64,000 nt of DNA from assembly GCF_009834535.1 (NCBI RefSeq), contig NC_045698.1:7008001-7072000 (forward strand), read 5' to 3'. Shown piece after piece: positions 36,731-49,906 of the stretch. The DNA comes from Camelus ferus. Taxonomy: Eukaryota. The notes under the pieces are model-generated. The model made no database searches. It saw only the letters and a list, made by a program, of their open reading frames with translations, and was not told the origin of the DNA. Every line of letters begins with the position of its first letter. The first letter of the stretch is position 1. The position numbers and the translations under genes were made by a program.

Positions 36731-38514
36731 ATCATAGGAGTTTGTTTAATAAATATCCATATGGAGGGCAGAGTCAGGTTTGAGACCTGCTCCTATCACC
36801 TGGTTGGACCATCACCATCCACCTAAAAATACCTGAGAGCTTCTGACAATCAGAGGACACCCAGCTCCCAAAAGAAGGTTAGAGTACAGATGCTTGTTTG
36901 CTACACTGAGGAATAAACATTGTATGTTATACTGAGGAATATCCTGTGAGTGTTTGGTATTTAAAGTGTTTCGGGATAATTTGCCCTATCAGAACCAATG
37001 GATTCCCTTGGTGATTCCATTAAAATGTGCATCTTATTTTAGACTTGAGATTTTAAGCTGAAAGGTTTAAAAGAATTTGGCTAGGTTTGTAAACAGGGCT
37101 GGAATGCTTAAGAGAAGTTGAGATTTACTATATCCATAAGTTTAATTTATGACTTTAACTACAGAGGCAAAATCAAATATATTATATTTAGAAATGCAGT
37201 AAAAATGTTTAAAGGAATTTAATTAACTAAGTTGTAAACAGGGCTGATTATTTAAGGTAGTCTGGTCTGTCCAACTGAAACACTAATAAAAGCACCCTTG
37301 AATAGGACTGTTAAAATTCACTGGATTTATAAAAAGAACAATAAGATTTATAAGCAGGGCTGACAAGCTTAAGGAAAACAAAACTTGTACTTTTTTTATT
37401 TGAATAAATTGAATGTTAATCTAAAACCCCAAATAAATGTAAGCCATCCCTTTTAGGGGGAAAAAGCCACCTTAAAGACCAAAAAACTCTTATCAACAAA
37501 TCAGAAGTTATGAATTGTTGTTCACTTAAATATGGGCATGATTTTCCCACAAAAATAATCAGCTTTCAAGGACAGTTGTTACCCAACTTTTTGACTATAC
37601 ACCCCTAACAGGAAAACACTTGAAAATATATCTTTGGAATATGTATATTTATTGACACACCGTGGGCAGAGGCACGGGGTCCTGAGAGACAGTGCCAGGA
37701 GCTCTCTTAGGTGAAGGACTCGATGTCCAGCTACTCAAAGACAGACCTTTCAGGGATGATGGTCCAGAAAGGTGAGATCTTTCAGGGATGTCTCAGCTGC
37801 ACAGAGCCTCCTGGCTGACTGCTTGTGCCCCTCAGAGTAGCCCCCATCCAGAGACTCTTCTCAGCGGGTGTGGAAAGGACTGGCCAGCTGGGTCCAGCTC
37901 TGGACAGATCTGAAGGGTCATCCAGCACCCAAGTTCCACACGTGGCTGGCTGTGGCCACCACAGCCATCCTGCTTCCTTCGAGTGCCCCTAAGTAAACAT
38001 CCTACACACTCTACTGCTTCCTGGAAACTCAAACCGTACCACAAACTATGTGCACAAACCCCTCAGTGGCTTTATTCAACATTAGCCAAGTTTAATATCC
38101 TTCTGATTTTAGCATCTTCAGACTGGGAAACCAAGGTGAGGAGACCAGAATTCCGGTGGGCCTTAAAGTACGGATAATTGAGAGATTCCCTGCTAGATGG
38201 TCTGTGACAGGCCAGAAAAATACTCATCATAGGCTACATAACATCGTATTGCAAAGACTTTTTTTCACACATTACCATCTCTGACTCACCTCCTGGCTGG
38301 GCAGTAGTCCTGTGTCATCGCCAGTGACTGCATAGGAGCAAACACCAAAAAACTACCAGCATCAAAGCCTGCAGGGTGGACGTCTGCTTCCAAAAGGGAA
38401 TAGATGCAGGTTTTTTTTCAATTCCTTTCAGTAGGTAAAAATTAAAACCCTGGACATTAAATTTAAAACAAATGTAAGGAGACTCTAAATGGTAAAGAGA
38501 AGGCAGGCAAATTA

Positions 38515-39260
38515 TGATCAATCTCCAAAGAATTATGCTGAGTGGAAAAAAAAAAAAACCTCAAAAGGTTACATACTATGTGATCCATTTACAATGATCC
38601 TCCCTTATCCACAGGGATATGTTCTAAGACCAGCCCTAGACCAGTGGATGCCTGAAATCACAGAGAGTACCAAACCCCATATACGTTATGTTTTATCCTG
38701 TACTAATGGGTGGCTAGTGTATAGAGCATGGATATGCTGGGAAAAGGGATGGTTCACATCCCAGCCAGGATGGAGACGGTCAGCGAGAGATTTCCTCATG
38801 CTACTCAGAAGGGTGTACAATTTAAAACTTATGAATTATCTCTGGAATTTTCCTTTTAATAATTTCAGACTGCAGTTGAATGCAGATAATTGAAACCACA
38901 GGCAGCAAAACCACAGGTAAGAGGGTACTACTATATACAACGTTCTCAAAATGACAAAATTTTAGAAATGGAGAATAGTGAGTGGCTGCCAGGGATTGAG
39001 GAGAGGATGGGGGTGGGAGGGAAGTGGCTGTGGCTAAAAAGGGACAGCAGGAGGGGCCCTGATGGTGATGGAAATTCTCTATGTCTTGACTGTATCTGTG
39101 TCCCTGTCCTGGTTGTGATGTTGCACCATCGTTTTGCAAGATGCTGCCACTGGGGAGAACTGAGTAAGGGGGACACTGGATCTTTCTATATTATTTTCTA
39201 CAACTGCATATGAATCTCCATTATCTTAAAATAAGAGGTTTCATTTGGGAAAAAAAAAAA
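38515..39260 (+). mobile_element. Old L1 (L1MD/ME-like) 3' end with nested MER44 (Tigger7) at ~38592-38932
   Basis: aattatgctgagtggaaaaaa...aaatgacaaaattttagaaatggagaa; MER44 motifs cccttatccacagggatatgttctaagacc and cagtggatgcctgaaatcac. Confidence 0.8.
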
Positions 39261-39423
39261 AACTTTCAGGTTGGATGTTAGCCGTTTAGAAGAAAAGCCT
39301 ACAGATGAAGTAGGATACTTTTTAACCCCTAGGATCCAAATAGTTGTCAGGAGGGGTTTGAGATGGTAAATCTCATGTGTTTGGGGGTTTTCCCAAACTT
39401 GTCATCAAAAGCAAGTGAGTTCT

Positions 39424-41064
39424 CAGAGATGGATTTACCATGAAACTAATCACGTTTAAGCTTCTGGGCTCCTCACTTGCAGGGGACCCTACTGAGGACC
39501 TAAGATGTAGCCTAGTAGTATAATCGCATGAGTAAAATCTGCAAAGGTTAGATATTCAACCAGTAGTGGTGAGGACCATGGTCTCCTTTTACCCTGACGT
39601 GTCCCCATCTCCATTCTCCTCATGTCAGGTAGGGACCTTGTTAAGGAGAAGCTGAACAGGAAAAACGGGTGGTAGTTGAGGTTTGATGAGGTTTACATGG
39701 CTCACGGTCACTTGGAAGTTTAACTCAGTCATCACTAGTCATCCCTCTATAGGAATGCTTCCAGGTCTTCCCCTCCACCCACTGTGTCACCCCTCTCAGC
39801 ATCCTGGCACAACGATGTAGGGCCAGAGGTGGCCCTGCTAACAGACTGAATTGTGTCCCTCCCCAACTCCCTCAAATTCATAGATTGAAGCCCTGGCTCC
39901 CAGTGTGGGCCTTTCAGGAGGTGATTAAGGTTAAATGAGGTCATAAGGGTGGCGCCCTAATCCAATAGGACTGGTGTCCTTGTAAGAAGAGGAAGAGACA
40001 CCAGGGATACCTGTGCAAAAAGAAAAGGCCACGTGAAGACACAGCCAGAAGGCAGTGGTCTGCCAGCCAAGGAGAGAGGCCGCAAGAGAAACCAAACCTG
40101 CAGACACCTTGATTTTGGACTTCCTGTCTCCAGAACTGTGAGAGGATATGTTTCTGGCGTTTCAGCTGCCCTCTCTGTGGTGTTTTTCTATGGCCGCTGG
40201 AGCAAACTAATACAGCTCCAATGCCTCAAGCATGGGGGGCGGGTGAGGGGAAAACAAGCTTACAAATGGACCAGCCAAAAGCTAGTCCGCACACGTCTCT
40301 TCCAGTCATCAAAGGTATAAAACTGTAAGCAGAGCGCTCGGCTATCATCAATCCAAATCCACGTGGACGTGCTCTTCTTTAGGGAAACTGAACAAAGAAA
40401 TGTGTACAACTGGAAACAAACCTCATCTTTTTATGAAAATCACACAGTTTACTGTGTGATTATTATTCCTCTGTTTTAAGAGAACAGACATGTAACGGTG
40501 CCCTGAACGGCAAGAGCTGCAGACATCCCTGTGGGCGAAGTTTCAGACACACCAGTACCTGAGGCGGCTTTTTAGTGTAACAACAGCATCTTGTCCTGAT
40601 GGAATCTGGCAGTCTCCTATAAAACGGCATGGAAAACTGAACCAAAGCAGTGAAAGAGTCTGGAGGATCGAGGGTCCCAATGACGAAAACTGCTTCTCAC
40701 AAGGAACAATAAGTCAATTTGATAACTACTACGTCGTAACTCAATACAACGCAGCAACCACTGAGCATGCAGCCAAAACTAGCAGGAAATAGAACATCGC
40801 AGAGGCAGGTCAAGCAGTCAATTAATGAAAGTATTTATGTTATTTGGGGGGTATTTTGGAACGTTTGTGGTATTTGACAGCTTTTGATTAAAAAATTTGA
40901 CTTTGCAAATTTGTTAGTATTTTGTAGTATTTATTTTCTCATTCTAAATTTCTCGTTAATGATCATACCTAATTTTGTATTTATGAGTTTGTGCTCTTTT
41001 TTTGAAAGCCTCCTTCCCTAAATTTTATAAACTTCAGTCCCCCATCACCTAGGTCCATCCCTGC
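39424..41064. mobile_element. hAT-Tip100 (Arthur1-like) DNA transposon with nested MLT1B LTR (~39833-40213)
   Basis: Termini cagagatggatttaccatgaaactaat and aaacttcagtcccccatcacctaggtccatccctg are imperfect inverted ends; MLT1 motif aggttaaatgaggtcataagggtgg. Confidence 0.7.
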
Positions 41065-41154
41065 TAAATCTATATGTTGACAGAGCCAGGTGAGAGCCAG
41101 CACCAACAGTTTTAGTTATTCTAAGAAAAGGTGCATGCATCTTCACTGTCCTTG

Positions 41155-41157
<3 letters not shown>

Positions 41158-41199
<42 letters not shown>
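41158..41199. repeat. (CA)n microsatellite
   Basis: Visible directly. Confidence 0.95.
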
Positions 41200-41201
<2 letters not shown>

Positions 41202-41651
41202 GACTTTCTTTGTCAAGGAAGTGATTTTAAAAAGTCAAATTTTGGATGGGAAGATTTTCTAAGGAAAGCTGTAGCAATTCTTCATGTATTTTTTTTCCTT
41301 CTTACTCTATGAAACATGCTCACTATATGGTAAAAATCTAAGTCCAATCTTCTTTCAACAAATGTAAAATAAAATGTTAATGTGATTGAGAAGCACTGTA
41401 TCCGTTTTATTGGCAGCATTTCTTTTCTTAGTGATACATAAAAAGGCACGTCTTACAAGTGATGGCATCTGAGATTGGATAAAATACACAAGTGTGTGTG
41501 TGAAGCAGTTTTAATTTACAATCTGGGAGTGGTTTGCCAACATATTAAACATCCTAATCAGGAATCTACACTCCAGGGGCAGTTCCTTCATATTTGAAAG
41601 ATCCTTTTCAGAAACCCACAATGCAGTCTTAACTATCACACTCTGACTCTA

Positions 41652-42581
41652 CTGAAGGGCATTATGCTAAGTGAAATAAGTCAGACAGAGAAAGACAATA
41701 CTGTAAGATATCACTTACATGTGGAATCTAAAAATAATACAACAAATTTGTGAGTATAACAGAAAAGAAACAGACTCACAGATGTAGAGAAGGAACTAGT
41801 GGTTACCAGTGGGGAGAGGAGAAGGGGGAGGGGCAAGATGGAGGTGGACGATTAAGAGGTACAAACTATCAGGTATAAAATAAGTTACAAAGGTGTGTTG
41901 TACAACACAATGAATACAGCCAGTATTTTATAATAACTATAAATGAAGTGTAACCTTTAAAAATGGTGAACTAATAGCCAAGACATGGAAACAGCCTAAG
42001 TGTCCACCAACAGATGATTGGATAAAGAAGATGTGGTATATTCATACAATGGAATACTATTCAGCCATAAAAACTGACAACGTAACGCCATTTGCAGCAA
42101 CATGGATGCTCCTGGAGAACGTCATTCTAAGTGAAGTAAGCCAGAAAGAGAAAGAAAAATACCATATGAGATCACTCATATGTGGAATCTAAAAAAAAAA
42201 ACAAAAACAAACAAACAAACAAAACATAAATACAAAAGAGAAACAGACTCATAGACATAGAATACAAACTTGTGGTTGCCAAGGGGGCAGGGAGTGGGAA
42301 GGGATAGACTGGGATTTCAAAATGTAGAATAAACAAGATTATACTGTATAGCACAGGGAAATATATACAAGATCTTATGGTAGCTCACAGAGAAAAAAAT
42401 GTGACAATGAATATATATATGTTCATATATAATTGAAAAATTGTGCTCTACACTGGAATTTGACACAACATTGTAAAATAATTATAAGTCAATTTAAAAA
42501 GTTAAAAAATTATATTAAAAAATGCATAGATTAAAAAATAAATTTAAAAATATATATACCAAAAAAAAAAAAAAAAAAGAA
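41652..42581 (+). mobile_element. Composite L1 3' ends (older piece 41652-41970, younger piece 41971-42581)
   Basis: Two successive copies of the ctaagtgaa...gtggaatctaaaa 3'UTR segment; poly-A tail; ~42-bp flanking duplication. Confidence 0.88.
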
Positions 42582-43382
42582 AGAAACCCACAACACAGTC
42601 TTCAACTATCACACTCTGACCCTATCAGAGGGTTTGGTAATTAGCACAAAAAGTGTGAGAAATAATTTTTTGTTGGTGAAATGAGTGGTGTTCAAGGTTT
42701 GTGAATTGGGGGCTAGAAATATTTTCCAGGTACTGCTGTCCAGATACGAGCAGTGTGCGAGAGTCTGGCCAGCAGGTTGACACCACACCTACAACCTCAT
42801 CAAGTCTTGGATTCTATGAAATTGCTAAGGATTCTGTTGTGTGGTCTGACCTTCAGAGAGGAGAAGGACAGACAGCTGAGACCTCCCTGTACTTCCAAGG
42901 ATAGGTTTTGTGCTCTTGGCTAAACAAAGCTTGTTCGTGTGCTGGCTGAATTCATTCTGGAACTTGCTTTCAGTGTCAACACTTGGTGATGAGGTTCTAG
43001 AGGACGAAAACTAGAACCTTCACCCATCTTTGCTCTTGGGAGCAACCAGTATCCACAAAAACAGACAGCTGTGAAGACCCAACTGACCATCTGCAGCTGA
43101 GAACCTCCCCAGTTCCTGACCTGCCTTCACCGTCACCACCCTCCCAAACCAAAGCCACTTCTCTGAGCCACCAAGATTCAAGAGTCACAACCCAAGTCAC
43201 GAAGCTTCATAATCATGAAAATCACACTCCTTGGCACAATTGTATGAACAAAATGATGTTGGCCTAGGTTTAGCTTTATGGAAATTCGTTTAATTTTGCC
43301 CCAGGTAATTAGTTTATTTGTTCTCTGAATGTGGCCCAAAACTTATCCATTTGGAATCTCTGTTACTAACAGACATATAGTG

Positions 43383-43395
43383 GTTGCCTAGCAAC
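43383..43395. promoter_or_regulatory. Candidate RFX X-box
   Basis: GTTGCCTAGCAAC fits the consensus GTNRCC(N0-3)RGYAAC and lies in non-repetitive sequence. Confidence 0.3.
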
Positions 43396-44861
43396 ATCAC
43401 GCATTGTTATTTCTTCATCTAATTTAAAATTCTCAATTTGCAGTAAAGGTCTTCAGGGAGAAGTTATTGTTCAGGGTAGGCCAAATACCATTTTTCACTG
43501 TAGCCCATTCAATTTAGAAAAGAAATTACAGCGTACTGTTTAATCAACATAAAATGATATGTACAAAACATTTAACATCTTCTTGAAACGTAGCTATCTT
43601 CTTCTACTAATCAAATCTACTTAATTTATTCTAAACTTCCCCACGGAGAGTTCCTTCCTCCTTCCATCTTTGCTCCGTCTTCCAGTCCCTCAACTTTCAA
43701 GGCGATTTGTAGATACCTTTTAGACAGGAACTGGAAGGTCTGGGAAGGAAGATTTGGAACCATAAGATACACTTTTATTATCCTGTAATTAGTCATGGAA
43801 AGGAGCCTCCAGTTGCCAAGTCATCATTCTAATGAGTCACTAACCCAAAATTCCAACTTCATTGGAAGATACATTTAACACTGAAGTTTTCTGATATGAA
43901 TGATGCAAAATTCATCAATTGTTTGCTTTCATGATAATCTGGCATCATTTCAAATACTAGAGGAGAGTGTTGTTGAGGTGCCCTCCTAGAGGACAGCGGG
44001 TCACATTTTTTTCACTCATTGAATAATATTTCTTGACATTAAGATTAACTTCTTGGTGAAACACATTGGAAAGGACTCATTTTCAGAAAACAGGTGAAGG
44101 TATTTCTACAGAGTGACCCTCTCATTATGTGTTAAGTGTACAGAAACATAAAGTGAATCAAAATGGATCTCAAAAGACACTTGATCGTGAGTGCTTGGAA
44201 TTTGGAACAATCTAGAATGCAAACTCACAAATTTAGGCTAATGGGGGAAAAGAACCATAAAAGTGCATAAATGGGCAAAAAATAAATGGAATATTTGAAA
44301 GGAAATGTAATTTTGTTACTACAGCCATATGGAGAAAATCTTATTTTCATAGCAGTAAAATTTCTCCTAGGACAGACAAGATTGATTTTTGTTGACTTCA
44401 AACCTTATTAAGCTTCTTGGTTGTGGGGAGGAGGCTCCCCAGGGAGTATGCTTAAATTACAATAAAATTGATAAATCACTGGGGTGGGGGGCAGTTTATT
44501 CTTGGCTTTGGGGATTTGTTTTCAGAATGGAGACTGTGATTTGGGGGACTAAGAATAGGGGCAGCTAGCAACACCAGAAAAGGAACTTGGGAAGAAGAGT
44601 CTGGCTATCTCATGGAGGGGTTTCTGAAAGTTTACAGTAGGTAGGGATCCAGCCCTCTCCTCCTTGGAGAGGCAGCTAAGGTCCCTGCTTAGGGGCTCAC
44701 ATTGGAACCAAGAACCCTTATGTTCTGATCTTAGCTGTGCTGTGTTTTCATCCTGTGACCTCAGACTGATCACACTTATCCTGGACCTTAGCATTCCCAT
44801 CTGTTAAATGGGGACAGTAATTCCTCAAAATGTTATGAGCATTAAAGAGTTAATACACAAC

Positions 44862-45237
44862 AGGCAGGTTTCAAGGGCTTGTGACCTGAACAGACCCACA
44901 GGCCCCCACTCCCCACTACTGCCCTCCAACCATGCATAGAAGGGCCCTCTCCCCACCCCACCCCTGGCTTGGTTTAATGCTCTGCTGTTATCATTGTGAG
45001 ATTCCTAATCATTTTTTCTTTTCTTTTCTTTTTTTTTTTCTGTTTTTATTGGGGTGGGGTGTAATTAGGTTTATTTATTTATTTCTAGTGGAGGTGCTGG
45101 GGATTGAACCCAGGACTTTGTGCATGCTAGGCATGAGCTCTACCCCTGAGCTATACCCTCCCCTCTAATCATTTTTGAACAAGGGGCCCAGTATTTTCAT
45201 TTTGACCTGGGTACCATAAATTCTGTATCGGTGCCCT
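44862..45237 (+). mobile_element. MER53-like hAT element
   Basis: cttggtttaatgctctgctgt...tttttgaacaaggggcccc...ttttcattttg. Confidence 0.75.
45017..45164 (-). mobile_element. Vic-1-like tRNA-derived camelid SINE
   Basis: Reverse complement ggggagggtatagctcaggggtagagctcatgcctagcatgcacaaagtcctgggttcaatcccc (A and B boxes), A-rich tail, TSD ctaatcattttt at 45005-45016 and 45165-45176. Confidence 0.85.
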
Positions 45238-45784
45238 AAATGCATTATATCAAGTATTTAGAACAAGTCCTGGCCCACAGTCAGTGCTGGCTATTCTCTT
45301 TACTCCCCTTTTCCCACCACAAAATTTTAGGAAAATTCCCAAGACTCAGACATAGTAGTGAAGCTGGAAGTTGAGAACCAGCCCGGTGCACACAGCACTA
45401 ATTTCCGCACTATCCCACCAGCGGGGCAGGATGAGAACACAGGCTGCCTGGGGATCCAGTCTATCCTATTGGAGCTATTTTACTTTCAAGTCTGGATAGA
45501 AACTGCATAGGCTGATAAAACATGTATGACAGAGAGGGCCTTAAGAGTCCAGTTTAATGACTGGCTGATAGCACTTGTGATGACTACGTCGATTGTTTAC
45601 ACGCAAACAGGCACTTAAAAAGCAAGAAAGATCATCTGAAGATCCTTTATCCTTTTAAGGATTTTGAATATTAGGACACCCCACCGTACCCCCCACACTA
45701 TTTGCAGGTCCCAAGGCAACAGTACAGGGGAGGCCCATAAGTCCTATGTCTAAATATGCACAAGCTATTCATCAAAGCAATAAA

Positions 45785-46580
45785 CTTTTTTTAAATTTAA
45801 GTATAGTCGATTTACAATGTTGTGTTAACTTCTGGTGTACAGCATAGTGACTTAGTTATACACATACATATTCTTTTTCATTATAGGTCATTACAAGGTA
45901 TTGAATATATTTCCCTGTGCTACACAGTAGGACCTTGTTGTTTATCTATTTTATATATAGTAGTTAGTATCTGCTCATCTCAAACTCCCAATTTATCCCT
46001 TACCACACCCTTACTCCCTGGTAACCATAAATTTGTTTTCTATGTCTGTGAGTCTACCTCTGTTTTGTAAATAAGTTCATTTGTGTCCTTTTTTTTTTTT
46101 TTAGATTATATATATATAAGTGATATCATATGGTATTTTTCTTTCTCTTTCTGGCTTACTTCACTTAGTACGACAATCTCCATATCCGTCCATGTTGCCA
46201 CAAATGGCATTATTTTATACTTTATATGGCTGAGTAGTATTCCATTGTATATGTGTATTCCACAGCTTCTTTATCTAGTCATCTGTCAATGAACATTTAG
46301 GTTGCTTCCATGTCTTGGCTATTGTAAATAGTGCTCCTACTGAACATTGGGGTACATGTATTTTTTTGAATTAAGAGTTTCTTCCAGATATATGCCCAGG
46401 AATGGGATTGCTGGATCATAGGGTAAGTCTATTTTCAGTTTTTTAAAGAACCTCCATACTGTTTTTCATAGTGGCTGCACCAAACTACATTCCCACCAAC
46501 TACATTCCCACCAACAGTGTAGGAGAGTTCCCTCTTCTCCACACCCTCTCCAGCTTTTATCATTTGTGAACTTTCTAAGG
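45785..46580 (-). mobile_element. L1 3' end
   Basis: Antisense L1 3'UTR/ORF2 tail; near-TSD aagc(c)aa(t/c)aaactttt; 15-bp tandem duplication aactacattcccacc. Confidence 0.88.
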
Positions 46581-49500
46581 ATAAGCCAACAAACTTTTAA
46601 ATGTTATTTTCTATACTGCTACCTTGTCAAATACACCTTCAAGTGAACTGGAAGGCCAAGTTCAAGTTTAAAATCCCTTTCAATTCTTAAAGTTGTTCAT
46701 GTGTTTGTGGGTGAACAGCCCTACCTTCACATCCAAGCTCCAACCAACCCTTATTCTTGAAACCATCCAAACCTCAGCCACCCTTGGGGCCTGGGCACAT
46801 ATGCACCCATGAGGTGGCCCACTGTCCATAGGACAAACCTGAGGAAGACACCAGTACAGGCCTACACAGCGGGATCAGGACTGTTTGGACTGGGAATTCC
46901 AGGGCCTCGGACACCCAGTTCAAGGTCTAGGAAGTGGAGTAGGGCTAAGAGTGGCCACTATCTTTTTGTCCACAGACTCTTTACCTGGTGAGGAGGCACA
47001 TGGCTGGAAGGGGGTCCAAAGAAAGGCCCTCTAAACACAGGCTGACCATTGCCCCAAGATCATACTAAAAGCCTGTGCTCTGAAGTGTCAACTTAAATGA
47101 AAGCGAGCTCCATCTTTCCCCACCACACAGTCACAAATTCCAAGTCATCGCGGCTTTCTGTGTAGAGGAACCCAGATTTTCTGGAAGTAAATTCATACCC
47201 TAATTGTGCTGCCCACTACCCACTACAGCTCCAGCCCAGCCCTTCTCCGGTTCCTTCAAAGCGCCCTGGCCAGCAATCTCCAACCTCCCCTCACCCCCAC
47301 CCACCAGCTCTGTGTCCCTCAGGCTCCCCACAAACATTTCAGACCAGCTGTATCTATTTATTCACTCCCCAAGATGAAATCTCGGCACCTTCTCCAGGGA
47401 TAAATGGGTTAATTTATATTGTTGTGCTACTAACTAAGATAAAAAATATTGGAACCATATCTATTATAAATATGAAGGTCACCATAAAAAAGAGAGAGAT
47501 GTCATCATAGCAGATGGAGCCCGAGAGTATTCTAAATATAGCCCTCGTCAGGACTTGTGCTGATAGTCGAGGGACCTTTTAGAAAATCATTTTTCTCATG
47601 TTGCCCTTTGTATCTGACAAATATTGATTTGAATTGCATTTTGAATAACAATGAAAAGAATGCTTTAGATAGGAGTTTACTCTTAAACTATTCAACAACT
47701 TCGAAAGTTGAAAGAACACTGGACTTAACAATTCTGCAATTCTGAGGCCAGGGTCCCACTTTTTAGTAGCTGTGTAAGTCAGGGCAAACTCTTCAGCCTG
47801 CCTCCCTCTCTCTCTCTCACCCACATTGTAAAGAATCGATGCAAGTTTGGAAATAAGAGGCTTGGAATCCTCTTAGATAATCAAGTCTAATCCCCAAATT
47901 TCACACTTGACAGCACTGATAACTCCCCAGTGGCACCTAGATCTCCTCAGAGAGGCTCAAGGTAAACCCCTGGAAGTGGTGTGTGGGGGTGAGACCCCTC
48001 TAGGGGACCTTCTGGGTCTAAAAGTTAATGCTGTTTAAAATCAAAACACTTCAGTAAGCCAGCACCTCAATTAGCACACAGTTCTTACCAATAGATTCTT
48101 CCTGTTTAAAAAAAAAAAATCAGATCATTTCCATCCATTAGGAAATCATCAGAATAATAATTAAGGGGAAAAATGAGAGATGACCAAAGAAGGAGTAGGG
48201 AGAAGTGGGTTCTGGGCCCTGTTCCAGAACATTCTATCATGGCCCTTGAACAGGTGTTGCCAACCGATCTCAGCAGTTCGGATGCTTATCATTGCCAATG
48301 CGTTTGAGTGGGACCAGCAGTGATGAAAGTCCTTGACTGGCTGAGACTAAGACAAGGAATATCTTCCCTTGGAAGGAAAAAGAGCATTTTGTCATAAGCA
48401 ACAGAACAGAATTTGGAGGGAAAATAGATACTTTAATGAAGACTATCTGATCAATCAAATACTAGTGGACACTAAGCCTGTGACAGTATCTCAGCACACA
48501 TTTCCAGTACACACAGAGTGAGGGAATACGTCCATAATTGGTGGGCTGACATTTTAACATGGGAAATCATGTGTTCCTTACAGAGTCCTTTTAAAACCCA
48601 GACCTGCAGAAAGAAATCGTTAGCAATTCCCTGCTAATGGTTTTTAAAATTCTTGTTAGTACAGGCATCAGGTATCATTGGAAGAATCTATTTCATTAAG
48701 AATGGTTCATAATCTGTAGGACAGCTGAACTGCCCAAAATGTCAGGCAGCAGGGCGAAAACTGACCCTTGTTATCTCAGCATGAGTTGTAGGTAATAGAA
48801 CAAAACATCTCTGCAGTTAGGACTATCAGCCACAGAGCCCAAAACGGCCTTGTGTCTCCAACACTGCCCTTGGGTCTGGAGCATCCCCCCTCCTGCCCTT
48901 TAACCGGCCCCCGCTGGTGCACTCCTCCTCCCCCTCCAGGGTCCCACTGAAAGCCTCACCTTCTCCAGGAAGCCTGCCAAGACTGCACCCCTCCTGTTGA
49001 CCCCCTCTCACATGGACTTCCTCGCTTCTGTTTGCCTGTGTGCATCTCCCACTAGACTGTGGTAGGCCCCCTATGGCAAGGGCTGTGTCTTCTTTACCAT
49101 TTTATTCCCAGGACGCAGCAGAAGCCCCTGTGCAAGGAGAGGTTTAGAGACATTTGTTGGATGAGCATACAGTGTATGAACAATTCTGGTTGCAAGAATG
49201 AAGATGCACCACCCTCTGCTCCTTTTTCACTGCAGTAAAGGAACAGACACATAAACTGCCTCATTGCAGGGTGTTTACAAATAGAAGAAGGTCCAGCACA
49301 TTTTTCAGGAACCATACTTGGGGACAAGAAAATGACTGAGGATTAGGGAAGCTTTTTCTCCCCCTCTCCTTTCTCGTCCTTTCTCTCTGTGCATGCTCCA
49401 TTCTCTTGCTCCCCACGGGAGGCGAGCCTTCTCCTTTTCCTCTCAAGCCCGGCTCCACATGACCTTCAGTTCTAATACTTGAAAGTTCTGATGTAGAGTG

Positions 49501-49624
49501 TGGAGATGCCCCAACCAATGTTCAAATCCAGCATGCAAGGCTGCAGGAGGTAGGGACAAGCCTTGGGAAACATTCCTCTGGGCTGCCCAGCAACAGAGGA
49601 TCCGTTACCACGTTTTACTTGGTG

Positions 49625-49906
49625 CTGTGAACTGAATGTGTGTGTCCTCCTGCCCCAAATTCACCCATGGAAGCCTTAACCTCTACTGTGATGAAGTGAC
49701 TTGACCTCTGTCTCTCTCCGCCAAGGGAGGACACAGCAAGAAAGCAGTGGCTGCAAGCCAGGAAAGGAGCTGTCTCCACAAGCTGATCATGCTGGCACTC
49801 AGATCTCAGACTGCCCAGTCTCCAGAACTGTGAGAAGTAAGTTTCTGCTGTATGAGCTGCCCAGTCTGTGGCACTTTGTTGTAGCAGCAAGAGCTAACTA
49901 AGACAC
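49625..49906 (+). mobile_element. MLT1A-like LTR
   Basis: gaactgaatgtgtgtgtcc...ccagaactgtgagaagtaag...ctaactaagaca. Confidence 0.85.
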
